A DNA stretch of 32,000 nucleotides from Endozoicomonas arenosclerae (GCF_001562015.1 NZ_LASA01000143.1:15942-47941); one strand, 5' to 3'; counted from the stretch's first letter, positions 1 through 9,228 are shown. The notes: a model not told the origin generated them from the sequence alone. Numbers and translations: made by a program.

Positions 1-1722
1 AAAACCATTCCCGACTCTGATCTGAAACTGATGCTGGTCAACCCTTCCAAAGGGGCAGGTAATATCCCTTCACCCGATGGGCAACCGGTTAAGACCAACA
101 AATTTGGTAAAGCCACCTTTGACCTGTCTTCCATGCCAGCAAGTCCTGGAGGCCTTTATACAAGTGGCTTCACAGTCAAAAGCCCGGGCAGTGAAAGAGG
201 CAGAGCCGATGTTTTCTATCTGGCCATGTCACCCATTCCTGTCTATCACTACAGCTTTAATACCCAGACCAGTGCCGATCTGACAACCCAGTTCAGATCC
301 CTGACCTTTGGACAATACAGTCCGATTGAAGGCAGTATGCCTGCTGTTGCTGGAACCTTTGGGGCAGGCGTTCAACTGGGTCACGGTCATCTGGTCAATA
401 GCGGCCTACCCGATATTCTCAAAGGCGACTTTACTGTCTGCGCTGACCTTCAGCCTTCCCCGGATTCATCAAACTTCACCCTGATGGGTAGACCTGATGG
501 TCTGATGATTGGCCTGATAAACGATAAGGGACAGATAGGCGTATCTGCTGGAAAACAGGCTGTCTTTTCCCATTCCATCCTCGGACAGGATGTACCCTTC
601 CACCATGTCTGCCTTTCCCGATCTGTAAACCCGGAGGGAACGCAGAGTACGGTAGCGATTGCCGTCGATGGCAAGATGGAAGTAGAGAATGGAAAGCTGG
701 ATCACCCGAATGGTGTCAACACAGATATTACCGCCATCGGTGGTTACCTTGATGATGAAGGCCATATCATTGAAGCGGAAGGTAAACTGGACAACCTGAA
801 AGTCTTCAATGAAGCCAACAGAATGGTCGATGCTTCATCGGATCTTTATGTGGTCTGGAGCTGCCCCGACAACGGCAAGTGTGCCCAGAACGAGTATCTG
901 CCGTTGGGCCAGGAAGCTGTACAAATGAGTTCACTGAGTCAGGGCGGTGACCTGTACATTGAATTCGCGGGGCTCAGAGCAGCCTCGAATAAAGGTTACA
1001 CTTTCAATGCAGAGTTTGATGTTCGTTTTAATGGACAGCCCGTTACGGCCGACGCGCAGTCACCGGGATTATTCAAGTTAACCGGTGTCAGTGCTGAAAA
1101 CCTGGGCTCACTGGAAATCAGACCCAGTAACCCCGATTCCATTTATCTGAATGACGGGGGCGACTCGATTAAATCCTATGGCTACACCGTCAAAATGGCG
1201 ACCAGTCTTGAAGGTCTGAACCATCCGGAACTGACCGTCCGATTGGATTCTGATCGTCTTGAGACCAGTGGCAAACTTCACAACGTCCTGTCTCTGCCCG
1301 GCTCACAGGTGGTGATGCATTACCATCAATCTGCGAACCCCGAGGATAAGCCAATGAGGGGTGAAGAACTCAACAGACCGATTCAACAGGATCACTTCCA
1401 TGCGGTCGAAGGGGGCAAAGTTGCTAACTACGACCCACAGCATGACATCATTGATCTCAACAAGTTGTTAAGCGGTGAACATAAGGTACCTTCCGGTGTC
1501 CAGGAACTGGCTGCCCTGCTTTGCACCCGGGAAAAAGCCGGTAGCGAAGGCCTGATTGATCAGGTACTGATTCGCCATAAGGAAAATGCTGGTGACAGTC
1601 ACTGCGATTGCCACTCCAAAGACGATCCGGCTTATACCGTCAACCTGCTGGACCCCATGCATCAGCCACTTCTGGTTGTGAACTATGACGGTCTGCAACA
1701 TGACCTCTATCCTTCTTCCTGA
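1..1722 (+). CDS. 3' part (truncated by the window edge) of a large secreted adhesin/RTX-like protein with a LamG/concanavalin-like region and a probable type I secretion C-terminal target region
   Basis: Frame 1 is open from nt 1 (KTIPDSDLKLMLV...), so the gene continues upstream. GDFTVCADLQPS..FTLMGRPDGLMIGL..HHVCLSRS..AIAVDGK resembles LamG-like jelly-roll domains. HDIIDLNKLLSGEH..VQELAALL near the C-terminus resembles the D-x-(I/L)-DL-x-x-LL signature of T1SS C-terminal target domains (from memory). A strong terminator follows. Confidence 0.6.
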   Translation, partial: KTIPDSDLKLMLVNPSKGAGNIPSPDGQPVKTNKFGKATFDLSSMPASPGGLYTSGFTVKSPGSERGRADVFYLAMSPIPVYHYSFNTQTSADLTTQFRSLTFGQYSPIEGSMPAVAGTFGAGVQLGHGHLVNSGLPDILKGDFTVCADLQPSPDSSNFTLMGRPDGLMIGLINDKGQIGVSAGKQAVFSHSILGQDVPFHHVCLSRSVNPEGTQSTVAIAVDGKMEVENGKLDHPNGVNTDITAIGGYLDDEGHIIEAEGKLDNLKVFNEANRMVDASSDLYVVWSCPDNGKCAQNEYLPLGQEAVQMSSLSQGGDLYIEFAGLRAASNKGYTFNAEFDVRFNGQPVTADAQSPGLFKLTGVSAENLGSLEIRPSNPDSIYLNDGGDSIKSYGYTVKMATSLEGLNHPELTVRLDSDRLETSGKLHNVLSLPGSQVVMHYHQSANPEDKPMRGEELNRPIQQDHFHAVEGGKVANYDPQHDIIDLNKLLSGEHKVPSGVQELAALLCTREKAGSEGLIDQVLIRHKENAGDSHCDCHSKDDPAYTVNLLDPMHQPLLVVNYDGLQHDLYPSS

Positions 1723-1749
1723 GTACGTCTGATACCCGGGACTCCCGTC

Positions 1750-1785
1750 GCCCACCCGAAATCGCTTCGGGTGGGCATTCTTTCT
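1750..1785 (+). terminator. Rho-independent terminator after the LamG/T1SS-like gene
   Basis: Perfect 11-bp stem gcccacccgaa / ttcgggtgggc (1750-1760 / 1766-1776), 5-nt loop atcgc, then T-rich attctttct. Confidence 0.8.
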
Positions 1786-1816
1786 CACCTACAGGTAATT
1801 ATTGTCGAGACGAGCT

Positions 1817-2089
1817 ATGAACAAGAAAGAACTTGTTGAACAGGTCGCGGAACAATCCAACCTTTCAAAGAACAAGGCAGAGCAAGCAGTCAATGCCTTT
1901 ATCCAGAACACTCAGGACACCCTCGCAAAAGGCGATATCGTGCAACTGATTGGGTTTGGAACATTCTCCGTGGTGGATCGAGCGGCTCGCAAGGGCAGGA
2001 ATCCCCAGACAGGCCAGGAAATCCATATTCCGGCCTGCAAGCTGCCTCAATTCAAACCCGGGAATAAATTGCGAGATGTGGTGAAGTAG
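1817..2089 (+). CDS. hup: HU-family nucleoid-associated DNA-binding protein (90 aa)
   Basis: MNKKELVEQVAEQSNLSKNKAEQAVNAF...GFGTFSVVDRAARKGRNPQTGQEIHIPA..PQFKPGNKLRD matches HU/IHF family along the full length. ATG at 1817 gives the canonical 90 aa. The TTG at 1802 in the ORF track adds 5 unlikely residues. Confidence 0.9.
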   Translation: MNKKELVEQVAEQSNLSKNKAEQAVNAFIQNTQDTLAKGDIVQLIGFGTFSVVDRAARKGRNPQTGQEIHIPACKLPQFKPGNKLRDVVK

Positions 2090-2220
2090 TCAGCCGCTTC
2101 CAGCAATGAACATTTGGGTCACTTCTCCCAATTTCATTCATGCCCTATCAGGACAAATACCTGCCATGAAATAAAAAAGCACGGTCTTTGTCCTGATTTC
2201 CGCTGCTGAAGTGTTGAAAC

Positions 2221-2550
2221 TCAGGCCATAGCCTTCATAACGTTGAGAATGGCTCTTTTCTTTTTCAGATTCATTCGATTCAGCGTTCTGATGATTTCAT
2301 CATCCACTTTGGTGTCACAGATGGTATCTACCGGAGCCGACAGATACTGATTCCCTCGACCTGTTGCCAACCATTCAAATGAAACTTCCAGTAACTCAGC
2401 CATTTTTCTGAGATTCTCAAGGCTGGGACTGCTCATCTCGGTTTCCCACTGTGCCAGAGCACTTCTGGAAACGCCGATCAAATCAGCCAGGGCTTGTTGA
2501 GATAAACGCTTTTCCTTGCGTGAACGAAGGATCCTTGTTGTCAGGTTCAT
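2221..2550 (-). CDS. XRE-family helix-turn-helix transcriptional regulator
   Basis: KEKRLSQQALADLIGVSRSALAQWETEMSSPSLENLRKMAELLEVSFEWLATG is a typical Cro/C1-type HTH. Confidence 0.8.
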   Translation of the reverse strand: MNLTTRILRSRKEKRLSQQALADLIGVSRSALAQWETEMSSPSLENLRKMAELLEVSFEWLATGRGNQYLSAPVDTICDTKVDDEIIRTLNRMNLKKKRAILNVMKAMA

Positions 2551-2678
2551 CCTTGAACTCTCATAGATAATCGGAAGAAAGATATCTTATTAAGATTTAG
2601 TGTAACACAAGCTCTGGTAATGACCGGTGGCAATTAAAGATTCCTTTCTCCCATCCACCTACATGAGCGCTTCCCCTC

Positions 2679-3908
2679 TCAACCCGCTTTCATAATCAAC
2701 CCTGATTGATCCAGGGCAGGCCTGATAACTTCAAGGACATGACTGGGCTGGATCGCCTTCAGACACTGATTATCAACGCAGCTGGTTTTCCTGTGGTTAC
2801 CTGCACTGACACAAGGTGAGCAAGGTAAACCGGCATATATAGGGGTGGAATTACCCAATGCACCATAGAGCGCCGGAGTTTCGGGGCCGAAAATCACGAA
2901 AGTCTTCAACTCAGTAACAGAAGCAAAGTGAGGCGGCCCTGAATCATTGGACAACATAAGTTCTGACAGTGAGTAAAGTGGCACCAGCTCCCTGAACTCA
3001 AACACTCCTGCACTGTTCAGGCATCTCTCACTGTCTGTTCGTTCCTTTAAAACCTGAGCTTCTGCCCGTTCACCAGGAGCACCAGTGATCACCACCAGAA
3101 TATCGGAATATTCTGCCAGCAGGGATTGAATCACCTCCACATAGCGATCCTGCATCCAGCGCCGCTGAGGGAGCAAATCACTGGCGTTAGGGTTCACCAG
3201 CACCAGACGCTGCTTACCTGGCTCAAAATCACTGCAAATCGACTTGAGCTTACCCACTACGGACTCTTGCAGACCTTCATCCACTTCTGCTCTGGCCAGC
3301 TTAATTGCTTCGTCGAAACCATCCTTTTGATAGGGCTGATGTGGGTTATTTTGAGAAGCTCTCACCAGAGTCATGAAATTTCGGGAAATATGGGTGTGGG
3401 GGTTATACATCACAGGGTGCGTTAAATGGTCACCACGATACAGCCCTTCTTCATGAACACGGTCAAATCCTGCCCGGTTATCAGCGCCACTCAAACGGCT
3501 TAGAATGGCTGTAAACCGTGAGAACAGTTCCAGATCAATAACTGAATCAATGTTCTTCTTGCGGCACCAGATTAAAAACTTGAGACTGCTGATGGCCAAC
3601 GTAAAAAGATTGTCTGGCTTAATCAGAAAGACATTGTCCTTCTCAATGGTGTTTAACAAATGAAGACTGGCAACATTCTTATCAAATATAACGAAATGCA
3701 GTGTTTTGCCCTGCTCTTTTAACCAGCGCATGGCTGGGTCGGCAAGAATAGCACTGCCCATTTCTGACAATTCAATGAACAGTACGTTTTTGGAATTCGT
3801 ATTCTGATTTCTACGAAGCCTGTCCATTGGCCAGAAAATCAATCTCAGTAGAAAACAAATGGGCACTCCGGCATAGCGATCAACCCATCGCATGGTATCC
3901 ACTTTCAC
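2679..3908 (-). CDS. Glycosyltransferase family 9 (heptosyltransferase-like)
   Basis: VLFIELSEMGSAILADPAMRWLKE..., RLVLVNPNASDLLPQRRW..., VVITGAPGERAEA..., LMLSNDSGPPHFA are typical GT9 segments. The GTG start overlaps the upstream stop (GTGA); an alternative ATG lies at 3893. Confidence 0.75.
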   Translation of the reverse strand: MKVDTMRWVDRYAGVPICFLLRLIFWPMDRLRRNQNTNSKNVLFIELSEMGSAILADPAMRWLKEQGKTLHFVIFDKNVASLHLLNTIEKDNVFLIKPDNLFTLAISSLKFLIWCRKKNIDSVIDLELFSRFTAILSRLSGADNRAGFDRVHEEGLYRGDHLTHPVMYNPHTHISRNFMTLVRASQNNPHQPYQKDGFDEAIKLARAEVDEGLQESVVGKLKSICSDFEPGKQRLVLVNPNASDLLPQRRWMQDRYVEVIQSLLAEYSDILVVITGAPGERAEAQVLKERTDSERCLNSAGVFEFRELVPLYSLSELMLSNDSGPPHFASVTELKTFVIFGPETPALYGALGNSTPIYAGLPCSPCVSAGNHRKTSCVDNQCLKAIQPSHVLEVIRPALDQSGLIMKAG

Positions 3909-5155
3909 AGGTTTGCCCCCTTGGCAATATTGGACTGCCGTCCTGCAAATACAAAAACAGTGGCAATGGTGAAATTAAAGAGCATGCCTGCCATAACACC
4001 GGTTATTAGCGCTAACTGTTTGTATTCCATAAAGAAAGGTATGAATGTCGTTAATAAATAATAAGTGCCCCAGTTGGGTAAAAAACTGACCAGACACATG
4101 CTCAGGTATTTACTCCACTGCTTCAGCTTTTTCTCTTTGGGCACATGTGAAAAGGTAAAAGTTCGGTTCCAGAACCAGTTCCAGCTCGCCGCCACCCAGT
4201 AAGAGCCCCCACGAGCCAGCAAATGAGGCACGCCAAACCATTGACCCAGTAAGGTATAAACCCCCATATCCACCAGGAACCCACTGGCACCGACCATACC
4301 GAACTTGGTTAGCCGCTGCCCCAGCACAAAGCCTTTATTCATAAGGGTTCCAGGCTTCTTCAAATGAGCTTCCAGCTCATCTTTATAGAGTGACACTGTG
4401 CAACGGAAGCAAAGCACCAGGGCCAGAAATGACAAAATGAATTGAAAGTAGAGCACCGGTGCTTCAGAGCGATAACCATTGTCATAAAAAGGTAAGACAG
4501 CAACACACAGCAACCCGAGTAAAATGAACGCAACCCGGCTTTTCAGTCCAGAGACCATTTTACTGGCCAGATAATCCCCAATAACTACAGAAAGAATCCC
4601 CACCCAGGCACCCAGAAAAATATCGAAGGGCCAATGAGCTCCTACTACCACTCTCGACAATCCGGTCAGGCTGGAAAATAATAAAACCAGCCAGCGTATT
4701 TGGGGTTTTAAATAGAGGCACGAAAGTCCAACCAAAAGAAAAACCGTTCCGGTGTGCCCCGAAGGCATGGTATCGGTTTTTAATACGGGACCCAGAACAT
4801 TCACAGCATCCAGACCCAAAGCACCCACCGGTCTTAATGAAGGCAGCAGTGCTTTGCCACCATTTAAAAGAACAGCACCCACCAGCATGGTTAAAATAAC
4901 CGCCAGTTGTTTATCAGGCTTTTTATAGAAGAGCAGCATGGTCAGCGGGAATAGAAAAAATCCGTCCCCGAGATTGGTCAATAAAATCCAGAAAGTCGCA
5001 CCCGGCCATTCACCGCCCCAGCTATTCACCTGATAGAAAACAGAATGATTTAGCGCAGTGACTGAGAGCAAAGCCACAAAGGGAAGCAAAAGGTAGCTAG
5101 CTTTATAGATCGTTGAGCGAGACCGACCAGAATCTACTCCGAACAATTCGGACAT
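3905..5155 (-). CDS. Fusion protein: N-terminal PAP2 (type 2 phosphatidic-acid-phosphatase family) membrane phosphatase plus C-terminal GtrA-like domain
   Basis: The full PAP2 tripartite motif is present: KALLPSLRP (K-x6-RP), PSGH, SRVVVGAHWPFD (SR-x5-H-x3-D). The C-terminal ~130 aa (FGMVGASGFLVDMGVYTLL...WNWFWNRTFTFSH) look like the GtrA family. Multi-pass hydrophobic throughout. Confidence 0.75.
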   Translation of the reverse strand: MSELFGVDSGRSRSTIYKASYLLLPFVALLSVTALNHSVFYQVNSWGGEWPGATFWILLTNLGDGFFLFPLTMLLFYKKPDKQLAVILTMLVGAVLLNGGKALLPSLRPVGALGLDAVNVLGPVLKTDTMPSGHTGTVFLLVGLSCLYLKPQIRWLVLLFSSLTGLSRVVVGAHWPFDIFLGAWVGILSVVIGDYLASKMVSGLKSRVAFILLGLLCVAVLPFYDNGYRSEAPVLYFQFILSFLALVLCFRCTVSLYKDELEAHLKKPGTLMNKGFVLGQRLTKFGMVGASGFLVDMGVYTLLGQWFGVPHLLARGGSYWVAASWNWFWNRTFTFSHVPKEKKLKQWSKYLSMCLVSFLPNWGTYYLLTTFIPFFMEYKQLALITGVMAGMLFNFTIATVFVFAGRQSNIAKGANL

Positions 5156-5398
5156 TCCTTAATAACCTCGAAACCTATCTAAACAGCTTTTAGCGATGGA
5201 ATTATTGATTCATCCTTTAAGGATGAAAATTTCAAGCACTAAAAACTAAGTTACAACAGACAGCAGAATATGCAAAGACAGTATAAAAAGGTTGATGTGA
5301 ATCAAATGTGAAATGAGAGCAGTATAGACACTCTGAAAGGCAAAAAAGTTCAAAGAATGTGAATCATTATGGTTAATTTAAATACATACTCCGTGATC

Positions 5399-5443
5399 CT
5401 GAGCTTGTCGAAGGATGCTGATAAAATACTTCGACAAACTCAG
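5399..5443. repeat. Small palindromic intergenic repeat (ctgagcttgtcgaag ... cttcgacaaactcag), copy 1
   Basis: 15-nt arms at 5399-5413 and 5429-5443 form a near-perfect hairpin. The arm core cctgagYttgtMgaagga recurs at 9228-9245. Confidence 0.6.
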
Positions 5444-5483
5444 TTCGAAAGCTATGAGGTTTAGCGCTGAGTTGCACTATTGT

Positions 5484-7010
5484 TTAGCTTGAGGGCTCAC
5501 ACCGATAAAACTGAAATTGATTTACTTTTATACCATCCAGAATCGCCTCCTGCTCATCCACCAGTGTGCAAGAAAAGCCCTGCAGATCAAGGTGGCCATT
5601 TTCTGGAGCTGATTTTTTATCCCTTACCAACAGCCCATAAGTTTCAACGTCCGGTTTACCATGCCAGAAATCAAACTGGGTCAATCGATCAGTCAGCAAT
5701 TGAACCGGTTGAGGATAGGCATACCAGGCAATTCGGCTGGCCTTACTCCAGTTATCAACCATCAAGACCGGTTCAATGCCCGCTTCCGTCACCCAATCCT
5801 GCCTTAGTGACTCAGCCTGATCTGCGGCTTCTTCCCACCCCACCAGATCCTTGATGGCCGGTGCCATAAATGGGAATGTCGACAAAGGCATAAAGGCCAG
5901 GAATAAAAAGACAAAACCAATCAACGATAAGGACAGCACGGATGAGAACAGTGCCAGGATTTTCACCCAGAGTTTTGACCAAGCTCGGCAGATCCAATAG
6001 GCAGAAAGCGGGGCCAGTAATGTCCAGCCCAGCGCAGGCCAGTTAGGCAAAACCGTTCCATCCCCTGCTGACCAGCTAATGACCAGCAGTACCGGAAAAG
6101 CACTCCAGATAATCAGCCAGCAGGAAGCTCTGTCTTGTTCTGGAATTCTGTTTCGAATCAAGGAAACGGTTGCCGCTATGGCCGCCACATAAGCCAGAAT
6201 GGAATACAGAATCATCTGGGCTAACTGCATGGATATGGCTTCTTTGGCCGACCACTCCTTAACACCCACTCCCCGGTCAAACTGGTAAGCTAGTGATGCC
6301 CAATCATTCTCAGCATTCCAGATGAGTACAGGTGCAATGGCCACCAGTGCAATTATTGCCGCCAGCCAAGGTCCCAAATTCAGCAGCCACTTCAAGCCAT
6401 GGTGCTGAACCATGAAAATAATCATACCCAGAGGAAGGAAAACCGCTGTGTACTTGCTCAAGCCAGCCAGTCCATAGACCAGACCCAGCATGACCCAATC
6501 CAACAATCGGTTTTCCTTATGAATACGACTGATCAATTCCAGAGACAGTAACCCAAACACCATCAGTGGAAGATCTGGCACCAGCCCCCAGCCCATCAGC
6601 TGTAATATAGGAGCGGTATTGATCAGAAAAACGGCGACCAGACCCGTCCAGGCAGGCCCCTCAGGAAACAGTTTGCTGCTCACCCTGTAAGCCAGATAGC
6701 TGCTCAAGGCGTATAAAATGGCTGGAATCAGTCGTACGGTAAATTCATCGTAACCCAGAGGCGCCACCAGCATTTGCAACCAACCCACCATGGGAGGATG
6801 GTCAAAATAACTGAGCGCCGGATACAAGGCATAAAGGGCATAATGAGCCTCATCCACCCCCAGCGGTACACCTGATGCCATTATGAGATGAATCAGGAAA
6901 ACACCAAAAATAATCCCCCAGGCTGCTAAACGCCCACGTTCCTGCATGAATTCTGTCCCGGAAAAGTTGATAGGAGGTGGCCACAAAGCCACCTGCCAGG
7001 TGATCTGCAT
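5484..7010 (-). CDS. ArnT/PMT-like membrane glycosyltransferase (GT39/GT83-type, polyprenyl-phosphate-sugar dependent)
   Basis: Multi-pass membrane protein. It has the N-terminal loop motif GVDEAHYALYA...YFDHPPMVGWL typical of ArnT-like/dolichyl-phosphate-mannose transferase families. Start uncertain (ATG 7010 or ATG 6947). Confidence 0.75.
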   Translation of the reverse strand: MQITWQVALWPPPINFSGTEFMQERGRLAAWGIIFGVFLIHLIMASGVPLGVDEAHYALYALYPALSYFDHPPMVGWLQMLVAPLGYDEFTVRLIPAILYALSSYLAYRVSSKLFPEGPAWTGLVAVFLINTAPILQLMGWGLVPDLPLMVFGLLSLELISRIHKENRLLDWVMLGLVYGLAGLSKYTAVFLPLGMIIFMVQHHGLKWLLNLGPWLAAIIALVAIAPVLIWNAENDWASLAYQFDRGVGVKEWSAKEAISMQLAQMILYSILAYVAAIAATVSLIRNRIPEQDRASCWLIIWSAFPVLLVISWSAGDGTVLPNWPALGWTLLAPLSAYWICRAWSKLWVKILALFSSVLSLSLIGFVFLFLAFMPLSTFPFMAPAIKDLVGWEEAADQAESLRQDWVTEAGIEPVLMVDNWSKASRIAWYAYPQPVQLLTDRLTQFDFWHGKPDVETYGLLVRDKKSAPENGHLDLQGFSCTLVDEQEAILDGIKVNQFQFYRCEPSS

Positions 7011-7222
7011 CCTTCAGGAAGTGAGTAAAGATCTGAATCAAATCTGTTCAGAGGGATTCTAATCGACCCTACCCATACCGAATATGAACACATATCTTTC
7101 ACACTCTACGACGATCACTGTCTAAAAAAAGTGCATTTAATAATTAACACGAAAACGATTAACTTGTCAGTGGTTACCCGACTTCGGTTAAAACATTATA
7201 AGGCTGCTTCCGTTCATCATTA

Positions 7223-7393
7223 TTATGAGAAAAACAGCCGAATGATTTGCTGGTAGGCATGCATGCCCAGATAGATGCCAACAATGCCCATGACACCGGA
7301 AAGGTAGGGAGGCGCAGGAATAGGAAGTTTGAGCGCACTGAACAGAAACCCGACAAACAGCCCTGTCACTGTGGCAATGATGACTTCATACAT
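7223..7393 (-). CDS. XapX-like small membrane protein (DUF1427 type), 56 aa, not in the supplied ORF track
   Basis: Hand translation of the minus strand from ATG 7393..7391 to TAA 7225..7223 gives MYEVIIATVTGLFVGFLFSALKLPIPAPPYLSGVMGIVGIYLGMHAYQQIIRLFFS. The core LKLPIPAPP..GVMGIVGIYLG matches my memory of XapX-domain proteins. It lies directly downstream of a nucleoside transporter. Confidence 0.7.
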   Translation of the reverse strand: MYEVIIATVTGLFVGFLFSALKLPIPAPPYLSGVMGIVGIYLGMHAYQQIIRLFFS

Positions 7394-7494
7394 GGGGAAA
7401 CCACTCTTCAGAGAGTCAGAGGAAAAGCATAAATCTGATCAGGGTGTAAACCCGAATCATCCGATATGAAGAGGGAATATAGAAGAAAATGGCG

Positions 7495-7543
7495 GATTCA
7501 GAAATGAAGAACTGGATGAGCCGGTAAAGACCAGCTCATCCAG
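7495..7543 (-). terminator. Rho-independent terminator after the nucleoside transporter gene
   Basis: Perfect 10-bp stem ctggatgagc / gctcatccag (7512-7521 / 7534-7543), 12-nt loop. On the minus strand it is followed by ttcttcatttctgaatc. Confidence 0.6.
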
Positions 7544-7552
7544 AGACAGGCA

Positions 7553-8815
7553 TTAAATAGCCAGGGTCAGGAACAGACCAGCAATGGTGGCACTCATCAG
7601 GTTAGAGAGTGTACCTGCTACAACGGCTTTCAGACCGAAACGGGCAATATCGTGACGACGGCTTGGCGCCATAGAGCCCAGACCACCCAGCAGGATAGCA
7701 ATAGAAGAAATGTTGGCAAATCCACACAGGGCGAAAGTCAGGATGGCCTGAGAACGATCAGACAGCAATTCAACACCGGCTTTGGCGGCTGCTTCCGGAT
7801 CGATGTAGTTAGCCAGGCTGGAGAAAGCAACAAATTCGTTCACGATCACTTTCTGACCCAGGAAGCTGCCTGCAGTCAGAGCTTCAGACCATGGCACACC
7901 GATGACGTAAGCCAGAGGAGAGAATACATAACCCAGAATCAGCTCAATGGTCAGGTCAGGATAACCGAACCAGCCACCGGCCCAACCCAGAAGACCGTTG
8001 GCCATGGCAATCAGGGAGATGAAAGCCAGCAGCATGGCACCAATCATGGCAGCCAGCTTAAGACCATTGGCTGCACCAGAGGCTGCCGCATCAAAGACGT
8101 TGGCTGGTTTTTCGTCAGCAGATTCTTCTTCGATATCGTCTATGTCATCATTCGGTGTCTCAGTTTCTGGCTTGATAATTTTTGCCATCAACAGACCACC
8201 AGGAGCCGCCATGAAGCTGGCAGCAATCAGGTATTTCAATTCAACACCCATGCTGGCATAGCCAACCATTACTGCACCCGCAACAGAAGCAAGACCACCC
8301 ACCATAACAGCAAACAGTTCGGACTGAGTCATACGGCTGATGAAAGGGCGTACCAGCAGAGGCGCTTCTGTCTGGCCAACAAAAACGTTAGCTGCAGCAG
8401 ACAGAGATTCTGTACGACTAGTGCCCAGCACTTTGCGCAGTGCACCACCAAACAGTTTGATGACGATCTGCATGATTCCGAGATAGTACAGAACCGCTAC
8501 CAGGGAGGCGAAGAAGATGATGACAGACAGAACGTGAACGGCAAAGATAAAGCCAAGCTTAAAGTTGGCCAGATCACCAAACAGGAAACCAATACCGTTA
8601 GAAGCGTATTCCATGATAGCGTTCACGCCATTGGTAATACCTTCAAGAACGTATTGTCCGGCTGGAAAATAAAGAACAAATGCACCAATACCAGCCTGAA
8701 TGGCAAAGGCTCCACCTACCGTTCGTAATTTTATCGCTTTACGATTGTCTGATAATAGAATTGCGATACCAAGCAGGACTGCAATTCCTACCAAGCTTAT
8801 AAGCACGTGTTGCAT
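7553..8815 (-). CDS. nupC: NupC/NupG-family concentrative nucleoside transporter
   Basis: Full-length similarity to the NupC family (LLSDNRKAIKLRTV.., FVGQTEAPLLVRPF.., ELFAVMVGGLASVAG..). ATG at 8815 is preceded by aggtga; the GTG at 8827 in the track is less likely. Confidence 0.85.
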   Translation of the reverse strand: MQHVLISLVGIAVLLGIAILLSDNRKAIKLRTVGGAFAIQAGIGAFVLYFPAGQYVLEGITNGVNAIMEYASNGIGFLFGDLANFKLGFIFAVHVLSVIIFFASLVAVLYYLGIMQIVIKLFGGALRKVLGTSRTESLSAAANVFVGQTEAPLLVRPFISRMTQSELFAVMVGGLASVAGAVMVGYASMGVELKYLIAASFMAAPGGLLMAKIIKPETETPNDDIDDIEEESADEKPANVFDAAASGAANGLKLAAMIGAMLLAFISLIAMANGLLGWAGGWFGYPDLTIELILGYVFSPLAYVIGVPWSEALTAGSFLGQKVIVNEFVAFSSLANYIDPEAAAKAGVELLSDRSQAILTFALCGFANISSIAILLGGLGSMAPSRRHDIARFGLKAVVAGTLSNLMSATIAGLFLTLAI

Positions 8816-9228
8816 GGGAATGATCACCTAAAAACAGATTCTCGGGCATTATACTTATATCAAATGGTTTTTACAGAAAGTAATTACCGAACGAAAGCAT
8901 AATAATGACACACCCTTTACAGGAATCTACAGAGTCCTCCAGTTCCCAGAATTTTCAGTGAATTGACTTAAATCAATCCAGCCCAGACTGTAAGACATCG
9001 ACTTACTATTAAAGCATGTTTTCCAGAATCTTTTTTCTCGTTAAAGAAAATATCAGTACAGGAATGATAAAAACCAGCCACGTTCTTTGGAACAATACGT
9101 ACAACCAAGAACATTCAATCAGCCAGGTATAATAAATATTTAAAATAAACGACTATTTATTCTTAAATAGAAGTACTAAAAATTAATTTCTAAATAACTT
9201 CCCGTTTTACACAAGAATTCCATTCACC

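Noticed and set aside
5480-5854. 124-aa plus-strand ORF
   Set aside because: Antisense to the ArnT-like gene, with a Pro/His-rich nonsense-like composition.
7174-7432. Track ORFs 7174-7356 (minus) and 7247-7432 (plus)
   Set aside because: The same DNA encodes, in another minus-strand frame, a 56-aa XapX-like peptide with a recognisable conserved core. The two listed products look random.
7652-8728. 358-aa ORF on the plus strand
   Set aside because: It is entirely antisense to the well-supported nupC gene. The product is a low-complexity Q/R/T/H-rich string with no motifs, the typical shadow ORF of a codon-biased membrane-protein gene.
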